This document shows, in pieces, positions 60,703 through 64,000 of a stretch of DNA of 64,000 bases; the first letter of the stretch is position 1; each line of letters opens with the position of its first letter. The DNA is from Asterias rubens. Taxonomy: Eukaryota. The notes under the pieces were generated by a model. The model was not told the origin of the DNA. It ran no database searches and saw nothing but the letters and a program-made list of their open reading frames with translations. Where the stretch lies: assembly GCF_902459465.1 (NCBI RefSeq), contig NW_022985708.1:1-64000 (forward strand), written 5' to 3'. Both the position numbers and the translations under genes were made by a program.

Positions 60703-62919
60703 ATGGCTCATCGACCTTTGTCATTGTGTGTGAAGTTCAAACCAACCTTCGTTTCAGCACGCAATAGACAAGCCCGGACAAGAGTATTAAGATACCTTCA
60801 GTCAATTGAAACAGAGAGACCTAACTCCAATCATACAGCTCAGTCAGAGGTTGCTGGGGATAACTGGCATTCTTTTGCAAATGGTACTGATGACATTTCA
60901 AATCGTGGTCCTAGTTCACACATGGATAGGCCTAGTACTACTAGTAGTCCAGAGCATTCATCAGTCAGGGAAGAATCTGAACATTCCACAGCTGCTGACA
61001 TTAAAAACGATATGTCTACGCCTAGTGATGATACTACTAGTACTAGTGATAGTGACGAAGATGATAGAGAACCTCATGAAATTGATTTTCAGGTGTACCC
61101 GCTTGATGAAACCGCCAGCAATTCAAGTTACAGTTCAAATGTCAGTGCTCACAAAGACAGGAATAATAATCAGTTAAAAGACAGTCTAGCTCAGTGGGCC
61201 ATTGAATACAAAATTCCACAAGTTGCCTTGTCGGGTTTGCTATCCCTGCTTCAAGTTAACCATCCAAATCTTCCAAAGGATGCTCGAACACTACTTCAAA
61301 CAACTGTCTCTTACTCAACAAAGGTGATCGGTGGAGGGTCATATCATCATTTTGGACTACAGACCTCAATAACATCTAAACTCAACTCTTATAGCGGGCC
61401 CCAGTATATGAACCAGTTGTCTTTGCAGATGAATATTGATGGGCTTCCATTATTCAAGAGCTCATCAGGTCAGTTCTGGCCAATATTGGGCATGATTGAG
61501 CAGTTACCGCAGAAGGAGCCCTTCATAATAGGGCTGTTCTATGGTAACTCTAAACCTCAGGTTACTGAATTTTTGGCAGATTTTGTTGAGGATATGCATG
61601 CAGTACAAGCCGCTGGAGGAATACGATTTAAGGATCGTTTGCTTCCTCTGGAGATATCCACTATTATCTGTGACACCCCTGCCCGAGCGTTTGTGAAATG
61701 TGTGAAAGGTCACAGTGGCTATCATGGATGCGATAAATGCATTCAAGAAGGTGAATGGGATGGACGCTTGCTCTTTCCTGAAACTGATTCTGCTCTCAGA
61801 ACTGATAGGGACTTCAGTGACATGACTGATGATGGACACCACACAGGCACATCACCCTTTCATCTGTTAGGCCTTGGAATGATTTCGCAGTTTCCCGTAG
61901 ACTACATGCACCTCGTTTGCCTAGGGGTAACAAGGAAGCTAATCTTGTTGTGGAAAAGTGGCCCACTGACATGTAGACTGAGTTCAAGAGAATTCCTTGG
62001 GATGTCAAACTCTTTGGTGGCTCTCAAGTCATGTATGCCAAGAGAATTTTCTCGCAAGCCACGCACACTTACAGAAGTTGACAGGTGGAAAGCGACGGAG
62101 TTCCGGCAATTTCTTTTATACACTGGTCCTGTTATCCTTGCCCATGCTTTACCTAATCCAATGTATAAAAATTTCTTGCTGTTTTCAATGGGAATCCACA
62201 TTCTGATCAGCCCATCTCTCTGTCATGCTATGTGCGATCTTGCCCACAAGCTTTTAGTTGCTTTTGTGCGGCATTTTGGCGACATGTATGGAAAGGATAA
62301 ACTGGTGTACAATGTTCATGGACTGGTTCATCTTGCTAATGAGGTCAGATTGCATGGCAATTTGGACAACATATCAGCATTCCCATTCGAAAATTTCTTG
62401 GGTCAGTTGAAAAAAATGGTTCGTTCTCCCAAGAACCCCCTTCAGCAGGTAATCAGAAGATTGTCGGAGAATGGTTCAATCACAACACACAAGAATAGAG
62501 GCATCAACGGAGTGAAAAAACGGCATTCTGAGGGTCCTCTGCCTGTACACTTCGGGGCATGTCATCAGTACAAAGCGGCTAACCTTCCTGTTGGTTATGT
62601 TTCTTCAGTGGAAGGTGATAACTGTGTGATGGTCAACCAGCAGATAAGCTTGGTTCGAAACTTGCTGGTGAAGAACAATGTTATCTACATTGCTTTTCAA
62701 CCATTTCAGCAGTGTCGGGATTTCTTTTCATATCCACTGAAATCATCACATGTTGGAATATTCGAAGTGGCCATGTTGAACGATGATCTTGAGGTTGTTC
62801 CGGCTCAGGCTATTTCATCTAAATATGTACTTCTTCCCAAAGTCAGTTGCAGGGTAAATGACAGACCGGGTGATGTTAATGAAATTTACATTGCTGTACC
62901 ACTTCTCCATACAGTATGA
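60703..62919 (+). CDS. CMC/EnSpm-type DDE transposase, 738 aa, uninterrupted
   Basis: NIDGLPLFKSS, FWPIL, CDTPARAFVK, GCDKC, DYMHLVCLG, WKATEFRQFLLY, YNVH and SAFPFEN motifs. Confidence 0.9.
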   Translation: MAHRPLSLCVKFKPTFVSARNRQARTRVLRYLQSIETERPNSNHTAQSEVAGDNWHSFANGTDDISNRGPSSHMDRPSTTSSPEHSSVREESEHSTAADIKNDMSTPSDDTTSTSDSDEDDREPHEIDFQVYPLDETASNSSYSSNVSAHKDRNNNQLKDSLAQWAIEYKIPQVALSGLLSLLQVNHPNLPKDARTLLQTTVSYSTKVIGGGSYHHFGLQTSITSKLNSYSGPQYMNQLSLQMNIDGLPLFKSSSGQFWPILGMIEQLPQKEPFIIGLFYGNSKPQVTEFLADFVEDMHAVQAAGGIRFKDRLLPLEISTIICDTPARAFVKCVKGHSGYHGCDKCIQEGEWDGRLLFPETDSALRTDRDFSDMTDDGHHTGTSPFHLLGLGMISQFPVDYMHLVCLGVTRKLILLWKSGPLTCRLSSREFLGMSNSLVALKSCMPREFSRKPRTLTEVDRWKATEFRQFLLYTGPVILAHALPNPMYKNFLLFSMGIHILISPSLCHAMCDLAHKLLVAFVRHFGDMYGKDKLVYNVHGLVHLANEVRLHGNLDNISAFPFENFLGQLKKMVRSPKNPLQQVIRRLSENGSITTHKNRGINGVKKRHSEGPLPVHFGACHQYKAANLPVGYVSSVEGDNCVMVNQQISLVRNLLVKNNVIYIAFQPFQQCRDFFSYPLKSSHVGIFEVAMLNDDLEVVPAQAISSKYVLLPKVSCRVNDRPGDVNEIYIAVPLLHTV

Positions 62920-63018
62920 GAAATGACTACAAAATTAGTTTGCATGTCACATATTGTATTTTTTTAAATCAATGCAACATCAGGTGTATTTAAATGAATC
63001 TTTATGCAGCAACTCACC

Positions 63019-63949
63019 ATGGATCTGAAAACATATGTGATGGTCGAGTTCAAATCCAAGGCAGAGGTCGCTGTGGTCCACAAGAACTGGATAGTTGTAG
63101 GAGACCACAATACAAAATGCAAGTGGCCCCAAGTGTCACCAAGTGCAATTCGTCTTCACCGAATGGTAGTGGGAGAGATGAAGGCAGCAGCAGAATGGGA
63201 CTGTCATGACATCGAAATCCTGTATCAGTCGGGTAAGTACATATAACTTCGGTGTTCTGTGTACATGAACACAAGAAGAGTTTTGTTGCATATGTTTCAT
63301 ATCCAGTTGTGGCATTTTTGAGAACAAATTCCATTATCCGTCTCAGGAATGATCGATATGTACGTGATGCAAATTATCTTTTCACATTTTGTGAAAAGAG
63401 AAGAACACTTTGTAAAAAACGCACTGTACATGTATATATCCACACATCTGTTTTTCTAGCAAGAAGCCATAAATATTCTGTTTATTTCGGACAGTTTCAT
63501 GTTTCTGTATGATTTAAATAGTCACACCGCTAATGTCAAAATGTAATTAAAGACTAAAAAATGAAGCTTACTGCTCTTATACATTTGTAGATTCCAGTTT
63601 ACACATTAGCTCGTTATAAAGATGGAGCCAATACAGAGTAATAACATGCCCCATACATGGTATAAATACAAAATATACTTGCATCAATGTAAAATACTAA
63701 ACTTTGTAGGTGGGGCAAATTTAATTGACAAAGCTTTCAAGAAGCAGTGTTGATACAGAATTTCCCAAAATAAGAAAGCCTTGTAAGATATGTATTTACT
63801 TTGATGTGCTTGAAACTATTAGATGACTATCTGAAGTGCAAGGAGAAGATGAAACTTCTTCTTAAGGAGGATGTGTCCATAGAATGCCTGCAGACGCCCT
63901 CTGAAGGCTCAACAGCCGAGAACATCAGGAAGAGCAAACGAAGAAGGAT
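63019..63949 (+). CDS. 5' exons of the E5 accessory gene (DUF4806-associated type), partial
   Basis: Exon 63019-63232 (YVMVEF..VAVVHKNWI..CKWP..W..HDIEIL) joins in phase 1 to 63823-63949 (DDYLKCKEK..RKSKRRR). Confidence 0.6.
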
Positions 63950-64000
63950 GTAAGTAATTAGGGAGTTTGGTAAATGGTCTCACATACATGTACCTTGACA

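Larger units (their letters stand above)
59334..64000 (+). mobile_element. Left part of a CCC-terminated CMC/EnSpm element (E5); runs off the window
   Basis: CCCAGGTAGCAAG at 59334, followed by palindromic CCAACGTTGG subterminal repeats to ~59490, then a transposase and an accessory gene. Confidence 0.75.

Noticed and set aside
1-64000. A single giant element or endogenous virus (Polinton/Teratorn-like)
   Set aside because: No polymerase, capsid or packaging ATPase was seen. The content resolves into separate elements with their own termini.

Overview
AT-rich, intron-containing animal (invertebrate-like) genomic DNA made almost entirely of nested DNA transposons. No ordinary host housekeeping gene is recognisable. 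All calls come from manual reading of termini, target duplications, splice phases and motifs; no database search was run. Proposed nesting: (1) the 3' half of a CACTA/EnSpm (CMC) element ends at 6695. (2) A BEN-domain gene has a last intron (9720-39008) holding an AcademH-like deletion derivative (9857-38751). That holds a CACTA element with TA duplication (9933-37229), which holds a ~15.3-kb Crypton-like element (11796-27046), which holds a foldback MITE. (3) An intact AcademX transposon (40438-48259, TIRs, CAT duplication, 1646-aa DDE+XPG+Cys-rich protein) sits in a palindromic subterminal satellite. (4) After a 500-N gap come a decayed CIDE-N/SAMD3-like accessory gene and the left part of another CMC element (from 59334) with an intact transposase ORF. 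The standout is the Crypton-like element. Its six exons splice in frame into one 1432-aa protein: a SET8-like SET domain, eleven 29-aa repeats, zinc-finger-like motifs, a tyrosine recombinase and a Myb/SANT-like tail. It has TGTAAC...GTTACA imperfect inverted ends, a 10-bp flanking direct repeat, and a 2.6-kb satellite built on its own terminal motif.
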